Numbered from the stretch's first letter, positions 32,447 to 43,129 are shown. The stretch is 64,000 nt of DNA from Myxococcota bacterium (GCA_963674735.2 CAXXQS010000002.1:1152001-1216000), one strand, 5' to 3'. Translations and numbers: made by a program. Notes: generated by a model from the sequence alone, not told the origin.

Positions 32447-32537
32447 GGTGATGATCCTTTCAATTGTAAATAATCACGGCAGCTCCAAATTCATCCGACG
32501 CGATTATAGCACCACGATTTCAAGCGACCAAGTTTGT

Positions 32538-32566
32538 TTGACAAAGTTAAACGAGCCCCTTAGAAT
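32538..32566 (+). promoter_or_regulatory. Near-consensus sigma70 promoter
   Basis: TTGACA-N17-TAGAAT upstream of the 32659 gene. Confidence 0.7.
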
Positions 32567-32658
32567 CCTATTGTACTCGCCAAAGGTCACGGGGGACCAT
32601 CTGAATGAGATGGGTCGTGGAGTTGTGCGTCTTTCGGGATTGCTCAGAGGAGGGTGTC

Positions 32659-35034
32659 ATGCGTTGGGTCGGGTTGATAGCTGGCTGGAGTGTGTTATTC
32701 CTCATTCTGCAGGGCTGCAGCGGAACGCTCGAACTGGATTTCGAGCAAGGTGATGCCTGTACGCGCGACACTCAGTGCCCGGACGGATTTTGTGTGGACG
32801 GTGAGTGCAAAAATTGGGAGTGCCGCGATTCCGCTGACTGCCCGCCTGGAGGCGTTTGTTTCGACCACGAGTGTGTCATAGGGGACGGCGATGCCGAAGC
32901 GGATTGGCCGGTGGTTCCCGATGGAGATAAGGATCCGGACATCGTGGATGAGGAGGTTTGCCTCGGCGTTCCCTGTCTGACCGATGCTGATTGTTGCACG
33001 GGATATGTCTGTGACCCAACGTCGAAAGTGTGCAAGCCGGTCGAATGCGTTGCCGACGCAGATTGCTTGGTGTTCGGTTCACATTACAAATGCAATCTCG
33101 TCAATCATCAGTGCTATTACGAAGAATGCGAGAGCAGCGCCGATTGCGATGCGGGGGAAATTTGCGAGGCAGGGATTTGTGTGGAAATCGGCGGCTGTGC
33201 GTCGTTTGAGTTGTATATCAGACAAGGAAGCGGTGTCGTTGCAACCGGCCGAACGGTTCAATTATCGGTTGATCTGTTCAATCTGCGAGGGGAATGGATC
33301 AATAGCGAGGGATTTTTCTTCGATTGGGTTTCAGACAACCCAGCGGTGGTTTCGGTCGATCAGAACGGTTTGTTGACCGGGGGCGAAACTCCGGGCGAAG
33401 CGCGAATTACAGCTTCTCTATCGGACTGCCCGGCCGTTTCCGATACGGTGACCTGGCGCAACTTTTGGGGGCCGCCCGAGAATATTCGAGTGGTGGTCAT
33501 GGATGCACGAAGCGGCGAGGTGATCGACGGCGCGGTTGTGTTCGTTGAAGATCAAGGCCCCCATTTTTCACAGGACGGGGTGGTGGAATTCGATGGGCTC
33601 AGCTGCCCGGAGGGCTGCACCGTCCATGTTTTCCACGAGGATTATAGCAGTGTTTCGGTGTTTGGGCTCTACGTGCAGGATCTGTTGATCCCACTCTCGC
33701 CGGTGCGCGACCTTTCCAGAGCTGCCGGAGTTGTCGGGGTGCAGGATACCAGTCCGATTCCGGATACCCTGCGCGAAAACAGTGAAATTCAGGTGGGGCT
33801 TAGCGGTTTCGGCATCAAAGGATCGCTGCTGGATTGGTCGTTTGATTCGCTGCTTGAACCGCGTTTGATCGAAACGGTCATGATCGGCACTGTACTCGAT
33901 GAAGAATGGTGGATCCCAAGCGGCGCGGAAGCTTACTTGATGGAGGAACCGCTCAAAGGTGAATTCCAGGCGCTGGGCGATTCGGGAGATGCGATTTTAT
34001 GGGGAATCGGTGGGTTTGTGGATTTGTCGGATCTGCTGGAGCTGTTTGTGAGTCATATTACCGATGACGAGGTCGATTTCCCGGGCGTTTTAGCCGGGGT
34101 GATGCCCTGGGTGGCCGACTTCTATCATGGTGTCGTATCAAACATATCTCTTTCGTCCGTTCCACTTGTCGCCGATAGCGAGGATCTCAACGGTAATGGT
34201 CAGACCGACGATCTCGTGCCCGATTATGCCGCCTTTGAGGATATCGGTTCTTCACTCAGGCTCACCCAGGCGCAGACGCAGGAAGTCGATCTAAGCTTCG
34301 GAACATTGCCGGATTTGGGTGTGGAAGCGGCGGATTGTGTGGTGGCCGCTGCACTGGCCGAAACGACTCGGGGCGGGTTGATTCCGCTGGGCGTGACGGT
34401 TGCGCCGGATCAACGGAACCCGGACGATACCCCCGATGGCGTGGTGGGAGAGAACAACGATGGACAAGCGAAGCTGCCTTTTGCCCCGCAGCACGACGGC
34501 GTAGTTGGGGGGGATTATCTCGTGGCGGGGGTGGCCGTCTCCTCGGAGCGTGTGAGCCAATTGATTTTCAACAGCTTGGAATCGCCGGTTATGCCGGAGT
34601 TGAGCGCCGTTTCGGTGGTGTTGGTGCGCTCGGCAAATTCTCCGGAAAATGTCACCATGCCCGCGTTTCTCGACGCCATGACCGATGCCGTCTGGCTGGA
34701 GGAGAACAACGGATATTCCTTCTCCGCCTCACCCATTGCCGGAGCCGACTTTTATCGTGTTGCGTTGGTTCTGATCGATGAAGATACCCAGAGTGAATAC
34801 ATGTGGCACATCTATTGGCCGAGCCAATTCGGCGAGGCTTGCTTCGCGCTGCATGGATCGGCCACGTGGACGATTGAGCCGCAGCCTATCGAGCACATCG
34901 AATTTCAGGCCGTCGACTTGAATGCAGAGGTGAGTTACCAATCCCTTTTCGAATTCAACAATACGAATCTCAACAACATCAATCGCTATCTTGAGGGGTG
35001 GTCCACTCAGCCTCTGGCAACGGAGAACCGCTAA
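32659..35034 (+). CDS. Large lipoprotein with Cys-rich repeats, DGD linker and Ig-like domain
   Basis: Lipobox LQGC; repeated C-x2-D/S-x2-C-x4-C-x4-C units; Big_2-like WVSDNPAVVSVDQNGLLTG; RBS GGAGG before ATG 32659. Confidence 0.8.
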   Translation: MRWVGLIAGWSVLFLILQGCSGTLELDFEQGDACTRDTQCPDGFCVDGECKNWECRDSADCPPGGVCFDHECVIGDGDAEADWPVVPDGDKDPDIVDEEVCLGVPCLTDADCCTGYVCDPTSKVCKPVECVADADCLVFGSHYKCNLVNHQCYYEECESSADCDAGEICEAGICVEIGGCASFELYIRQGSGVVATGRTVQLSVDLFNLRGEWINSEGFFFDWVSDNPAVVSVDQNGLLTGGETPGEARITASLSDCPAVSDTVTWRNFWGPPENIRVVVMDARSGEVIDGAVVFVEDQGPHFSQDGVVEFDGLSCPEGCTVHVFHEDYSSVSVFGLYVQDLLIPLSPVRDLSRAAGVVGVQDTSPIPDTLRENSEIQVGLSGFGIKGSLLDWSFDSLLEPRLIETVMIGTVLDEEWWIPSGAEAYLMEEPLKGEFQALGDSGDAILWGIGGFVDLSDLLELFVSHITDDEVDFPGVLAGVMPWVADFYHGVVSNISLSSVPLVADSEDLNGNGQTDDLVPDYAAFEDIGSSLRLTQAQTQEVDLSFGTLPDLGVEAADCVVAAALAETTRGGLIPLGVTVAPDQRNPDDTPDGVVGENNDGQAKLPFAPQHDGVVGGDYLVAGVAVSSERVSQLIFNSLESPVMPELSAVSVVLVRSANSPENVTMPAFLDAMTDAVWLEENNGYSFSASPIAGADFYRVALVLIDEDTQSEYMWHIYWPSQFGEACFALHGSATWTIEPQPIEHIEFQAVDLNAEVSYQSLFEFNNTNLNNINRYLEGWSTQPLATENR

Positions 35035-35051
35035 GAAGTTTTCTTCGGGAC

Positions 35052-35085
35052 AAAAAAAACCGCCGGAGTCGAGAGACCCCGGCGG
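35052..35085 (-). terminator. Intrinsic terminator after lon
   Basis: Minus strand CCGCCGGGGTC-TCTC-GACTCCGGCGG-T8. Confidence 0.8.
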
Positions 35086-35111
35086 GTGTGGATTCGAAAT
35101 AAGTCTGTTTT

Positions 35112-37526
35112 TTACATCGATGCGTGAGGCGAAGAAGAAGAATAGTCCTTGTCGGCGTCTTTTTCACGCATCCAGGGACTCACGAGGGCGGCGTCGAGCA
35201 CGTCCCCGATATCTTCCATGGGATGAATGTTGAGCGTTTTGATGACTGTCTTGGGCGCCTCGGTCAGATCGAGTTCGTTGGACTTCGGAATCAACACGTC
35301 ATGGATGCCTTCGCGGTGGGCGGCCAGCAGTTTTTCCTTCAAGCCGCCGATGCGCAGCACGCGGCCGTGCAGCGTGATTTCGCCGGTCATGGCCACGTCA
35401 TGACGCACGGGAATACCCGTTACGGCCGAAACCAGCGCGGTCACGATCGTCACACCGGCAGACGGCCCTTCTTTGGGTGTGGCGCCTTCCGGGGCATGGA
35501 TGTGGACGTCGAAAGTCTGGAAGAAGTCGGCTTTAAGACCGAGTTCATCGGCGTGCATGCGAACCCAGGATAACGCGGCTTGGGCCGATTCCTGCATGAC
35601 TTCGCCCAGCTTGCCGGTCAGCGTCACTTTGCCTTTGCCCGGTACGAGCGCTACTTCGATGGGCAGCATTTCTCCGCCGACCTCCGTCCAGGCCAATCCA
35701 TTGGCGTAGCCCACCCGGTCGGTCCGGTCCGCTTCATCGCGACGGAATTTGGGGACGCCCAGCATTTTGTGCAAAGATTGAGCGCCGATTTGGAAGGCGC
35801 TCTTTTCGCCGTTTTCCTTCAGCACGCGGACCGCCATCTTGCGTAAGAGTGTGGCGATCTCACGTTCGAGATTACGCACGCCCGCTTCGCGGGTGTACTC
35901 GCGAATGAGGGTCAGCACGGTGTTGTCGGAAATGCTGATCTGCAAGCCTTCCAGACCGTTGGTTTTGATCTGTTTGGGAATGAGATATTGGCGCGCGATG
36001 GCCAGTTTCTCGTCTTCGGTATAGCCCGGCAGATCGATGATTTCCAGGCGATCGCGCAGGGCGGGAGGAATGTTCTGCAAATAGTTGGCGGTCGTGACGA
36101 ACAGCACCTTCGACAGGTCGTAGTCCACATCCAGGTAGTGATCGTTGAAGGTATGGTTCTGTTCGGGGTCGAGCGCCTCTAGAAGGGCGGACGACGGATC
36201 GCCACGGTAATCGGAGGACAGTTTGTCTATTTCATCAAGTAGAATCAAGGGGTTGGCTGCGCCGGACTTCTTCATCATCTGGATCAGCTTGCCCGGCAGT
36301 GCGCCGATATACGTGCGCCGGTGGCCCCGGATTTCAGCTTCGTCACGTACGCCGCCCAAGGACAGGCGCACCATTTTGCGACCGGTGGTGCGGGCGATGG
36401 AACTGGCCAGAGATGTTTTTCCGACTCCCGGAGGGCCGACGAAGCAGAGGATGGGGCCTTTGATTTCGCCGACCAGGGTTTTCACGGCCAGGTATTCGAG
36501 GATGCGCTCTTTGGGTTTCTTCAAGCCGTAATGATCGTGTTCGAGTACGTCTTGGGCGAAGTCGATATCGGATACCTCTTCGGTTTCCTCATCCCAAGGC
36601 AACGAGATCATCCAGTCGAGATAGTTGCGCACCACGGTGGCTTCGGCCGACATGGGCGACATCATCTTGAGTTTTTTCAACTCTTTGAGGGCTTTGGTGC
36701 GTGCTTCTTCGGTGAGCCCCTTCGTGTTGATGGCGTCTTCCAACTCTTTGAGTTCGTTTTTGAATTCGTCTTGTTCACCCAGTTCCTTCTGGATGGCGCT
36801 CATCTGTTCGTTCAGGTAATACTCGCGCTGATTGCGCTCCATCTGCTTCTTGATGCGGCCTTTGATGCGGCGCTCCACCTGCAGAATTTCGATTTCGCGC
36901 TGCAGAATTTCGTACAGCTTTTCAAGCCGTGCGCGCGGTTCGACGATTTCGAGCAGTTCCTGGCGCTCGCGCAGCTTGAGGTTAAGCGACAGCACGATGG
37001 TGTCGGCCAGCTGCGACGGCGATTCGATATTCGCCAAAGATTTCAGGATGTCTTTGGGGATTTTCTTCGCATAATCGAGATAGGTTTCAAAGGCCGAGTA
37101 AACCGAGCGTTTCATGGCTTTGAGCTCGGTTACGTCGGCGTTCGGATCTCCTAACGTCTCGATATCACAGGCGAAGTATGGTTCTTCCTGGGTGTATCGT
37201 AGGATACGCGCCCGGTGCTTGCCCTCTACCAGGACACGTACCGTGCCGTCGGGGAGCTTGAGAATCTGGACAATGGCACCGACGGTGCCGACGTCGTAGA
37301 TATCGTTGACACCCGGTTCGTTGACTTTGGCTTGTTTCTGTGCGACGAGGAAAATGTCCTTGTCGTGTTTCATGGCTTCTTCCAAGGCCAGAATCGATTT
37401 GGGCCGTCCGACGAACAGTGGCACCATCATGTGAGGGAAGATCACCACATCGCGCAACGGCAACAGCGTAAAGCTCGATCCGGACTCGGGTTTGGAGTTC
37501 TTGTCATTGGGGTTGTTCACAAACAT
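35112..37526 (-). CDS. lon: ATP-dependent protease La (Lon)
   Basis: [34 protein letters not shown] (catalytic Ser), IGGLKEK. Confidence 0.99.
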   Translation of the reverse strand: MFVNNPNDKNSKPESGSSFTLLPLRDVVIFPHMMVPLFVGRPKSILALEEAMKHDKDIFLVAQKQAKVNEPGVNDIYDVGTVGAIVQILKLPDGTVRVLVEGKHRARILRYTQEEPYFACDIETLGDPNADVTELKAMKRSVYSAFETYLDYAKKIPKDILKSLANIESPSQLADTIVLSLNLKLRERQELLEIVEPRARLEKLYEILQREIEILQVERRIKGRIKKQMERNQREYYLNEQMSAIQKELGEQDEFKNELKELEDAINTKGLTEEARTKALKELKKLKMMSPMSAEATVVRNYLDWMISLPWDEETEEVSDIDFAQDVLEHDHYGLKKPKERILEYLAVKTLVGEIKGPILCFVGPPGVGKTSLASSIARTTGRKMVRLSLGGVRDEAEIRGHRRTYIGALPGKLIQMMKKSGAANPLILLDEIDKLSSDYRGDPSSALLEALDPEQNHTFNDHYLDVDYDLSKVLFVTTANYLQNIPPALRDRLEIIDLPGYTEDEKLAIARQYLIPKQIKTNGLEGLQISISDNTVLTLIREYTREAGVRNLEREIATLLRKMAVRVLKENGEKSAFQIGAQSLHKMLGVPKFRRDEADRTDRVGYANGLAWTEVGGEMLPIEVALVPGKGKVTLTGKLGEVMQESAQAALSWVRMHADELGLKADFFQTFDVHIHAPEGATPKEGPSAGVTIVTALVSAVTGIPVRHDVAMTGEITLHGRVLRIGGLKEKLLAAHREGIHDVLIPKSNELDLTEAPKTVIKTLNIHPMEDIGDVLDAALVSPWMREKDADKDYSSSSPHASM

Positions 37527-37558
37527 GTTTTACCATCCCGTTTGGTTCGGCGGAAGAT

Positions 37559-38821
37559 TCAGGCCGTTTCCGCTTCATCGTTGTCGGCGTTTTTGTCGCC
37601 GGCCAGTATGATCATGGGTTGGGCGTTCTTTTCAACGACATCTTCGTTGATCACCACCTCGCGGATGTTGGGGCGGGACGGGATATCGTACATGATATCC
37701 AACATCACCGACTCCAGCACCGAACGCAAGCCGCGCGCACCTGAATGTTGGGCGTTGGCCTTGCGAGCCACGGCCCAGAGGGCGTCATCGGTGAATTTAA
37801 GAGCCACATCATCCATATCAAAAAGAGCCTTGTATTGTTTGACCAAGGCATTTCTCGGTTCGGTCAGAATTTGCACCATGGCGTCTTCCGAGAGTTCATG
37901 TAACGAGGCGACCACCGGCAAGCGGCCGACAAACTCCGGAATCAAGCCGTATTTAGTCAGATCTTCAGGCTGCACGAGATCGAAATATTCCCCGATCGAT
38001 TTCTCGTCGCGGCTTTTCACATCGGCCCCGAAACCCATTTCTTTGACGCCGACCCGTTGTTCGACCACTCGCTCCAGTCCGTCGAAGGCTCCGCCGCAGA
38101 TAAACAGAATGCCCGACGTATCGAGTTGGATGAAATCTTGCTGCGGGTGTTTGCGGCCGCCCTTGGGGGGCAGGTTCGCCACCGTGCTTTCCAGGATCTT
38201 CAAAAGCGCCTGCTGGACGCCTTCACCCGATACGTCGCGGGTAATCGAGGGATTTTCGCTTTTGCGGGCGATTTTATCGATTTCATCGATGTAGACGATG
38301 CCGCGCTGGGCTCGTTCGATGTCGTGATCGGCCACCTGCAATAGATTGACCAGGATATTCTCAACATCTTCGCCTACATAGCCGGCCTCGGTCAGGTTGG
38401 TGGCGTCGGCCAGGGCGAAGGGAACATCTAGAATACGGGCCAAAGTTTGCGCCAGGAGCGTTTTACCGGTTCCGGTGGGCCCGATGAAAAGGATGTTGCT
38501 TTTCTGCAGCTCGACGCCGCTTTTTTTGGAGTCGTGGTTAATACGCTTGTAGTGATTGTACACCGCCACCGACAAAATCCGTTTGGCGTCGTCTTGCCCG
38601 ATCACGTATTCGTCGAGTGTTTTCTTGATTTCGACCGGTTTCGGAAGTTTGAATCCATCGGCCTTGGCCGCTTCGAGTTCGATTTCTTCCGCAATGATAT
38701 CATTGCACAAGGAAATGCATTCGTCACAGATATAGGCCGAGGGTCCGGCGATCAACTTCTTTACTTGCCGTTGACTTTTTCCACAAAAGGAACAGCGCAG
38801 ATCTTTCATTGTTGTATCCAT
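37559..38821 (-). CDS. clpX: ATP-dependent Clp protease ATP-binding subunit ClpX
   Basis: CSFC...CDEC zinc finger, [25 protein letters not shown] loop, GARGLR. Confidence 0.99.
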   Translation of the reverse strand: MDTTMKDLRCSFCGKSQRQVKKLIAGPSAYICDECISLCNDIIAEEIELEAAKADGFKLPKPVEIKKTLDEYVIGQDDAKRILSVAVYNHYKRINHDSKKSGVELQKSNILFIGPTGTGKTLLAQTLARILDVPFALADATNLTEAGYVGEDVENILVNLLQVADHDIERAQRGIVYIDEIDKIARKSENPSITRDVSGEGVQQALLKILESTVANLPPKGGRKHPQQDFIQLDTSGILFICGGAFDGLERVVEQRVGVKEMGFGADVKSRDEKSIGEYFDLVQPEDLTKYGLIPEFVGRLPVVASLHELSEDAMVQILTEPRNALVKQYKALFDMDDVALKFTDDALWAVARKANAQHSGARGLRSVLESVMLDIMYDIPSRPNIREVVINEDVVEKNAQPMIILAGDKNADNDEAETA

Positions 38822-38839
38822 GTTGTTTTGGCCTCCCGT

Positions 38840-39445
38840 TTAGGCCTCCTCCAGATCTTTCGGTCGTTTTTCCAGCACTTTGTCGATCAGTCCGTAGGAA
38901 ACCGCCTCATCGGAACCGAGGAAGAAGTCGCGCTCCATGTCGTTATGCAGCTTTTTGAGCGACTGCCCGGTGTGGGTCGCCATAATTTCCGTCAATTGCT
39001 TTTTCGTCTTCAACATCTCCTTGGCGTGGATTTCCACGTCGGTGGTTTGCCCCTGGAAGCCGCCCCAAGGTTGGTGGATCATTACCCGTGAATGGGGCAG
39101 TGAGTACCGTTTCCCGTGGGCTCCGGCCGCCAGCAGAACAGCCCCCATCGAGGCCGCCTGTCCCATGCAGAATGTGCAAATATCGGGCCTAACGTACTGC
39201 ATGGTGTCGTAGATGGCCAATCCGGCGGTTACCACTCCGCCCGGCGAGTTGATATACAGATGGATGTCACGCTCGGGATCCTCGGATTCCAGGAACAGAA
39301 GCTGCGCCACGGCCAGGGATGCCACCACCTCATCAATGGCCGACCCAATGAAGATGATTCTCTCCTTAAGTAGCCGAGAATAGATGTCATATGAACGTTC
39401 GCCTCGGTGGCTCTGTTCGATTACGATGGGTACCAACGCCATCAC
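38840..39445 (-). CDS. clpP: Clp protease proteolytic subunit ClpP
   Basis: [36 protein letters not shown]. Confidence 0.99.
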   Translation of the reverse strand: MMALVPIVIEQSHRGERSYDIYSRLLKERIIFIGSAIDEVVASLAVAQLLFLESEDPERDIHLYINSPGGVVTAGLAIYDTMQYVRPDICTFCMGQAASMGAVLLAAGAHGKRYSLPHSRVMIHQPWGGFQGQTTDVEIHAKEMLKTKKQLTEIMATHTGQSLKKLHNDMERDFFLGSDEAVSYGLIDKVLEKRPKDLEEA

Positions 39446-39559
39446 TCACCTCGATTATTGTCTAGGGTCCGTTTCGTTTACGCCGGACATCATCCTCCCT
39501 GATAGGAGAGGTCGATCCCGTGGAACATTCCACGATTAATTCCCCCGGCATGATCGGCT

Positions 39560-39588
39560 ATTGTACCGCCGATAGTTCCCAGCGTCAA
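39560..39588 (-). promoter_or_regulatory. Sigma70 promoter of clpP-clpX-lon
   Basis: Minus strand TTGACG-N17-TACAAT about 115 nt upstream of clpP. Confidence 0.7.
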
Positions 39589-39697
39589 TTTTCCGCACAG
39601 ACTGTCAGTGTTTCCGACACCCGCAGGCGTGACAAGGCTGTCGGAGTGCGCAAATATTGCGCAGATAGGAGGCTTCGCCGGATGGGCGTTGACCCCC

Positions 39698-39724
39698 AAA
39701 AAAAACGCGGGCCGAAGCCCGCGT
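39698..39724 (-). terminator. Intrinsic terminator (UUCG loop), identical to 40503-40529
   Basis: Minus strand ACGCGGGC-TTCG-GCCCGCGT plus T run. Confidence 0.85.
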
Positions 39725-39751
39725 GATCCAACCCGAGCAGATCCGTTAGTT

Positions 39752-40366
39752 CTAGCCGGCAACCTGGGTGACACATTCCGCGAAGTCATCACAGGTAGGT
39801 TCATCGACACATCCGATTATGTCGCTATTGACTGCCACTCCCGTATCTCTTCCGGCCGCTTCGCAGGCGTCATAGCAGGCCTGCAAAACCACTTCCGTGA
39901 TGGTACCGGTTTCGTCGCATTCTCTCGCTTTATCGCAGTAGCGTTTGCACTGAGCGACCAAGCCATTCGTGGGAGAACTGAAATCGAGGTTGCCTTCTTC
40001 GAAATCCATCATGCAGTCTTCGAGGTCGTTATAGGTGTCCTCGCAACTTTCGAGCGCCTCGATATAGGCATCGCCATAGACGTGGCAACGTTCATCCTCG
40101 TCGAGTTCGGTCGCGATGCAGGCTTGTGCTTCCGTGTAGGCATCCTGGCATCCGGCGGAGGCCAGTTTCTGCTGGCTGATGCGGCAGGAATTCTCGCATT
40201 CGTGGCGACTGAAAAGCCGGTCGGTCTCTACAGAACACCGTTCGGCAAGTGCGCATTCTTCTTTGCAGATTTCCGGCAAATCGTCGTCTTCGCAGGAAAC
40301 TGAAAGCAGTCCCGCCATCGCCAGTACTATTCCCAACCCCAACAAGCCGCTCCGCTGTTTCTGCAT
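39752..40366 (-). CDS. Cys-rich acidic lipoprotein, paralog 3 (10-Cys module + 8-Cys module)
   Basis: Lipobox-like LSVSC; Cys spacing aligns by eye with the 40553 and 41391 genes; start ATG 40366. Confidence 0.8.
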   Translation of the reverse strand: MQKQRSGLLGLGIVLAMAGLLSVSCEDDDLPEICKEECALAERCSVETDRLFSRHECENSCRISQQKLASAGCQDAYTEAQACIATELDEDERCHVYGDAYIEALESCEDTYNDLEDCMMDFEEGNLDFSSPTNGLVAQCKRYCDKARECDETGTITEVVLQACYDACEAAGRDTGVAVNSDIIGCVDEPTCDDFAECVTQVAG

Positions 40367-40502
40367 CGTCCATCTACCTTTCCTGTTTGAGCAAACAACA
40401 CCGCCGAGACGCCGCCGGTCCACGGTACGGTCTAGGGCGAAGAAAACTGAGAAAATTCATTCCATATGGCGAATATTTGCAGAATGCGGCGAAAAAGTCC
40501 AC

Positions 40503-40529
40503 AAAAAAAACGCGGGCCGAAGCCCGCGT
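40503..40529 (-). terminator. Intrinsic terminator (UUCG loop), identical to 39698-39724
   Basis: Same 27-bp sequence AAAAAAAACGCGGGCCGAAGCCCGCGT on the + strand. Confidence 0.85.
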
Positions 40530-40552
40530 CGTTTGCAAGTCCAAACCCAGAA

Positions 40553-41221
40553 TTACATGGTGCCGGAATTCTGCAGACAGGTGAAAAAGCTGTCGCAGGT
40601 CGGTTCGTTCGCGCAGGCGGCCACTTCCGCCGGAACGGCCGAGCCGGAAGAGATGTCACAGGCGTCGTAACACTGCTGCAGGTAGCCGTCGGGAGTCGAA
40701 GGCGTGCACTCGACCGCCTTGTCGCAGTATTTACGGCAAGCCGCCGTGTTGGCCGGGTTGTCGCCATCGGGGTCATCGCCGTCCGGGTCATCGCCGTCCG
40801 GATCGTCGCCGTCGGGGTCATCGCCGTCGGCCGGACCGGAATTGTTGCCGTGGTAATCTTCCATGCAATCGTTGTAATCTTCGAAGTCGTCTTCGCATTC
40901 TTCGATGGCATCGGTGTAATCATCGTCGCTGGTGTCGCACCACTCGTCGTCGTCGAGTTCTTCCTTCATGCAATCGCGGGCTTTCTTGTAGTCTTCCTGG
41001 CAGTCGGCGAACTCGATCTTTTGCCATTGAATGCGGCAGTTTTTCTCGCATTCGTGTTGGCTGAAGAGGGTTTCGTTTTCTTCGGCGCACAACTTCGCGA
41101 TTTTGCAGGCTTCGGCGCAATCGCCGGGAAGGTCGTCGCTTTCGAAGAGGCAAGCCACCAGGGTAAAGGACGCCAGCACGGCTGTCAGAACGATCATCTG
41201 CCAGCTATTCATCCATTTCAT
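40553..41221 (-). CDS. Cys-rich acidic lipoprotein, paralog 2 (10-Cys module, PDGDD repeat linker, 8-Cys module)
   Basis: Lipobox LVAC; EELDDDEWCD...YTDAIEECEDD shared with paralog 1; RBS GGAGG before ATG 41221. Confidence 0.85.
   Translation of the reverse strand: MKWMNSWQMIVLTAVLASFTLVACLFESDDLPGDCAEACKIAKLCAEENETLFSQHECEKNCRIQWQKIEFADCQEDYKKARDCMKEELDDDEWCDTSDDDYTDAIEECEDDFEDYNDCMEDYHGNNSGPADGDDPDGDDPDGDDPDGDDPDGDNPANTAACRKYCDKAVECTPSTPDGYLQQCYDACDISSGSAVPAEVAACANEPTCDSFFTCLQNSGTM
40761..40830 (-). repeat. 15-bp coding tandem repeat, about 4.7 copies (PDGDD)n
   Basis: TCGCCGTCCGGGTCA-like unit repeated on the + strand; translation ADGDDPDGDDPDGDDPDGDDPDGD. Confidence 0.9.
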
Positions 41222-41390
41222 TCTATCCTCCGTTTCGGTTTCCATTTTTTCGCTGCGTTTCAAACGCCGGTCATCGCTTCGCGTGGTCGCCGTCTAAGGT
41301 CGTACCGGCAGCGAAATCAAACCAAACATTGATCCATTTCAAGCCGATTTCCGTTCCTGCGTGATCCGGCAGGTTGGGAATCGCGACGAA

Positions 41391-41765
41391 TTAACCCTGG
41401 TAGTCTTCCATGCAGTCGTGGAAATCTTCCCAGTCGTCTTCACATTCGTCGATGGCGTCGGTGTAATTGTCGTCACCGGTGTCGCACCAATCGTCGTCGT
41501 CGAGCTCTTCCAACATGCAGTTGCGAGCCGCTTTATAATCTTCTTCGCAATCGGCGAACTGCACCTTTTCGGTGTAAATACGACAATCTTCTTTGCACTC
41601 AAACTCGCTGTAGGTGACTTCGTTTTCTTCGGCACATATCTTCTGGATACGGCAGGCTTCTTTGCAGTCTCCAACCCAACCTTCGTCTTCACAGCCCATC
41701 GCCAGAAGCAAAACCACAACCGCCAGCGCCATCACCATCAACATTCCCAGATTCTTTTTCATCAC
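41391..41765 (-). CDS. Cys-rich acidic lipoprotein, paralog 1 (10-Cys module only)
   Basis: Lipobox-like AMGC; strong RBS AAGGAGGAG; Cx3Cx5Cx12Cx3Cx11Cx9Cx10Cx13Cx9C. Confidence 0.85.
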   Translation of the reverse strand: MMKKNLGMLMVMALAVVVLLLAMGCEDEGWVGDCKEACRIQKICAEENEVTYSEFECKEDCRIYTEKVQFADCEEDYKAARNCMLEELDDDDWCDTGDDNYTDAIDECEDDWEDFHDCMEDYQG

Positions 41766-41981
41766 TCCTCCTTAATGTTCGATGTTTGCCCCGTTTCGCT
41801 AGACTCAAACCTGTTCGAATATTCTTAACCATTCGAATTCAGGCTTTTACTCTGTAAATTGAATCCCGCTTTACGATAGGCAAAGGGTACTCGAAGAGCC
41901 GAAATAATCAAGTCTTTTTTGCAATTGTAAGCATTGAGACGCCCCTCGAAATACATTTAAGGTAGTATTCTGGAAATCTTC

Positions 41982-42009
41982 TTGACACAAGAGGCCGTCG
42001 GTGTAGTCT
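41982..42009 (+). promoter_or_regulatory. Putative sigma70 promoter of the orphan parA operon
   Basis: TTGACA-N16-TAGTCT with an AT-rich upstream region. Confidence 0.5.
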
Positions 42010-42070
42010 GGAATCGTTATATAAGCTCGTCACCCTGAGACCGTGTCGATTGGGTGGCCGGGAGGCATGT

Positions 42071-43111
42071 GTGGACATCCGGAAAAACAACTGGCAAACT
42101 TGCCAAGTCTGCCGTCGGCAGTTTGCGCCGCGTTTCAGTTACCAAACCGTCGGTAAAGGAGCCCAGGCGCACTACTTTTGCAGCCAGCGTTGCTTGCTCA
42201 AAGCGCGCGCCGCGTCGACAAAGGCGACCTGTTCCACCTGTGGAACGGAATTCACGCCTCAATACGCCTATCAGCGGGCGATGGTCGCCGGGAAACCGCA
42301 GTATTATTGTTCGGAACGCTGCGCGGATACCTATCGCGTCGAACGACGTCGGGCCATGGGCGTGCGCCGCTTGGCGGTGCTCAACCAAAAGGGCGGCACC
42401 GGCAAGACCACCACGGCGGTTAACTTGTCGGCCGGATTGGCCATGCGCGGGTATAAAGTGTTGCTGCTGGATATGGACGCCCAGGGTAACGTCGGGGTTT
42501 CGCTGGGGATCGTGGGCGAACTGGGCACCTATCACCTGCTGATCGAACAGGCCCCGGCGTCCGACTGCGCCGTGCCGATCCGCAACAACCTGGACATCAT
42601 CACCAGCAATGAAACCCTGGCGGCCGCCGAGATTTTGTTGGCCGGAATGGATCGCCGCGAAATGACGCTCAAAGACGCCTTGGTGGAGCGCGGGGGCGAA
42701 CAGGGCTACGATTACGTGATTCTCGACTGTCCGCCGTCCCTGTCGCTGGTCAACCAGAATGCGCTGGTTTACGCCGATGAGGTGCTGGTTCCGGTGAGTT
42801 GCGATTTTCTGGCCATGGTCGGCGTCAAGCAGATTTTGCGTACCCTCGACCGCATGAACAACCTCATGGGACAGCCGGTGTCGATCTGTGGGGTTTTACC
42901 GACCTTTTACGATGTGCGCACCCGGCTTAGCCAGGAAGTTTTGCGCAATCTGAACGAGTATTTCAAAGACAAAGCCCTGCCGCCGGTGCGAATCAGTACC
43001 CGTTTGAAAGAAGCACCGAGCCACAAGCAGACCATTTTCGAATATTCGCCCGGCAGTCACGCGGCGGAAGACTACCTGGCGCTGGTGGATCGACTGGTCG
43101 GTCGGGCCTAG
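42071..43111 (+). CDS. Orphan ParA/Soj-family ATPase with two N-terminal TRASH/zf-FCS-like Cys4 repeats
   Basis: CQVC...YFCSQRC and CSTC...YYCSERC, then NQKGGTGKTTT, DMDAQGN, LDCPPSLS, RLKEAPSH. GTG start at 42071 after GGAGG. Confidence 0.9.
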   Translation: MDIRKNNWQTCQVCRRQFAPRFSYQTVGKGAQAHYFCSQRCLLKARAASTKATCSTCGTEFTPQYAYQRAMVAGKPQYYCSERCADTYRVERRRAMGVRRLAVLNQKGGTGKTTTAVNLSAGLAMRGYKVLLLDMDAQGNVGVSLGIVGELGTYHLLIEQAPASDCAVPIRNNLDIITSNETLAAAEILLAGMDRREMTLKDALVERGGEQGYDYVILDCPPSLSLVNQNALVYADEVLVPVSCDFLAMVGVKQILRTLDRMNNLMGQPVSICGVLPTFYDVRTRLSQEVLRNLNEYFKDKALPPVRISTRLKEAPSHKQTIFEYSPGSHAAEDYLALVDRLVGRA

Positions 43112-43129
43112 CGCGGATAGAGAGGCGAT

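Noticed and set aside
35085-35105. GGATTCGAA resembling a tRNA T-loop
   Set aside because: No cloverleaf can be formed; the sequence flanks the lon terminator.
37215-38294. 359-aa plus-strand ORF opposite lon/clpX, and similar ORFs opposite the sigma54 regulator and the 53665 gene
   Set aside because: Antisense shadows of established genes.
40761-40830. 15-bp repeats here and at 4011-4070 as CRISPR arrays
   Set aside because: Contiguous in-frame coding repeats without spacers; no cas genes.
41222-41390. GTCTAAGG-containing intergenic segment as a c-di-GMP-I riboswitch
   Set aside because: Lacks the GGCAAAC...GAAA...GACGCAAA core and is in the wrong orientation for the adjacent genes.
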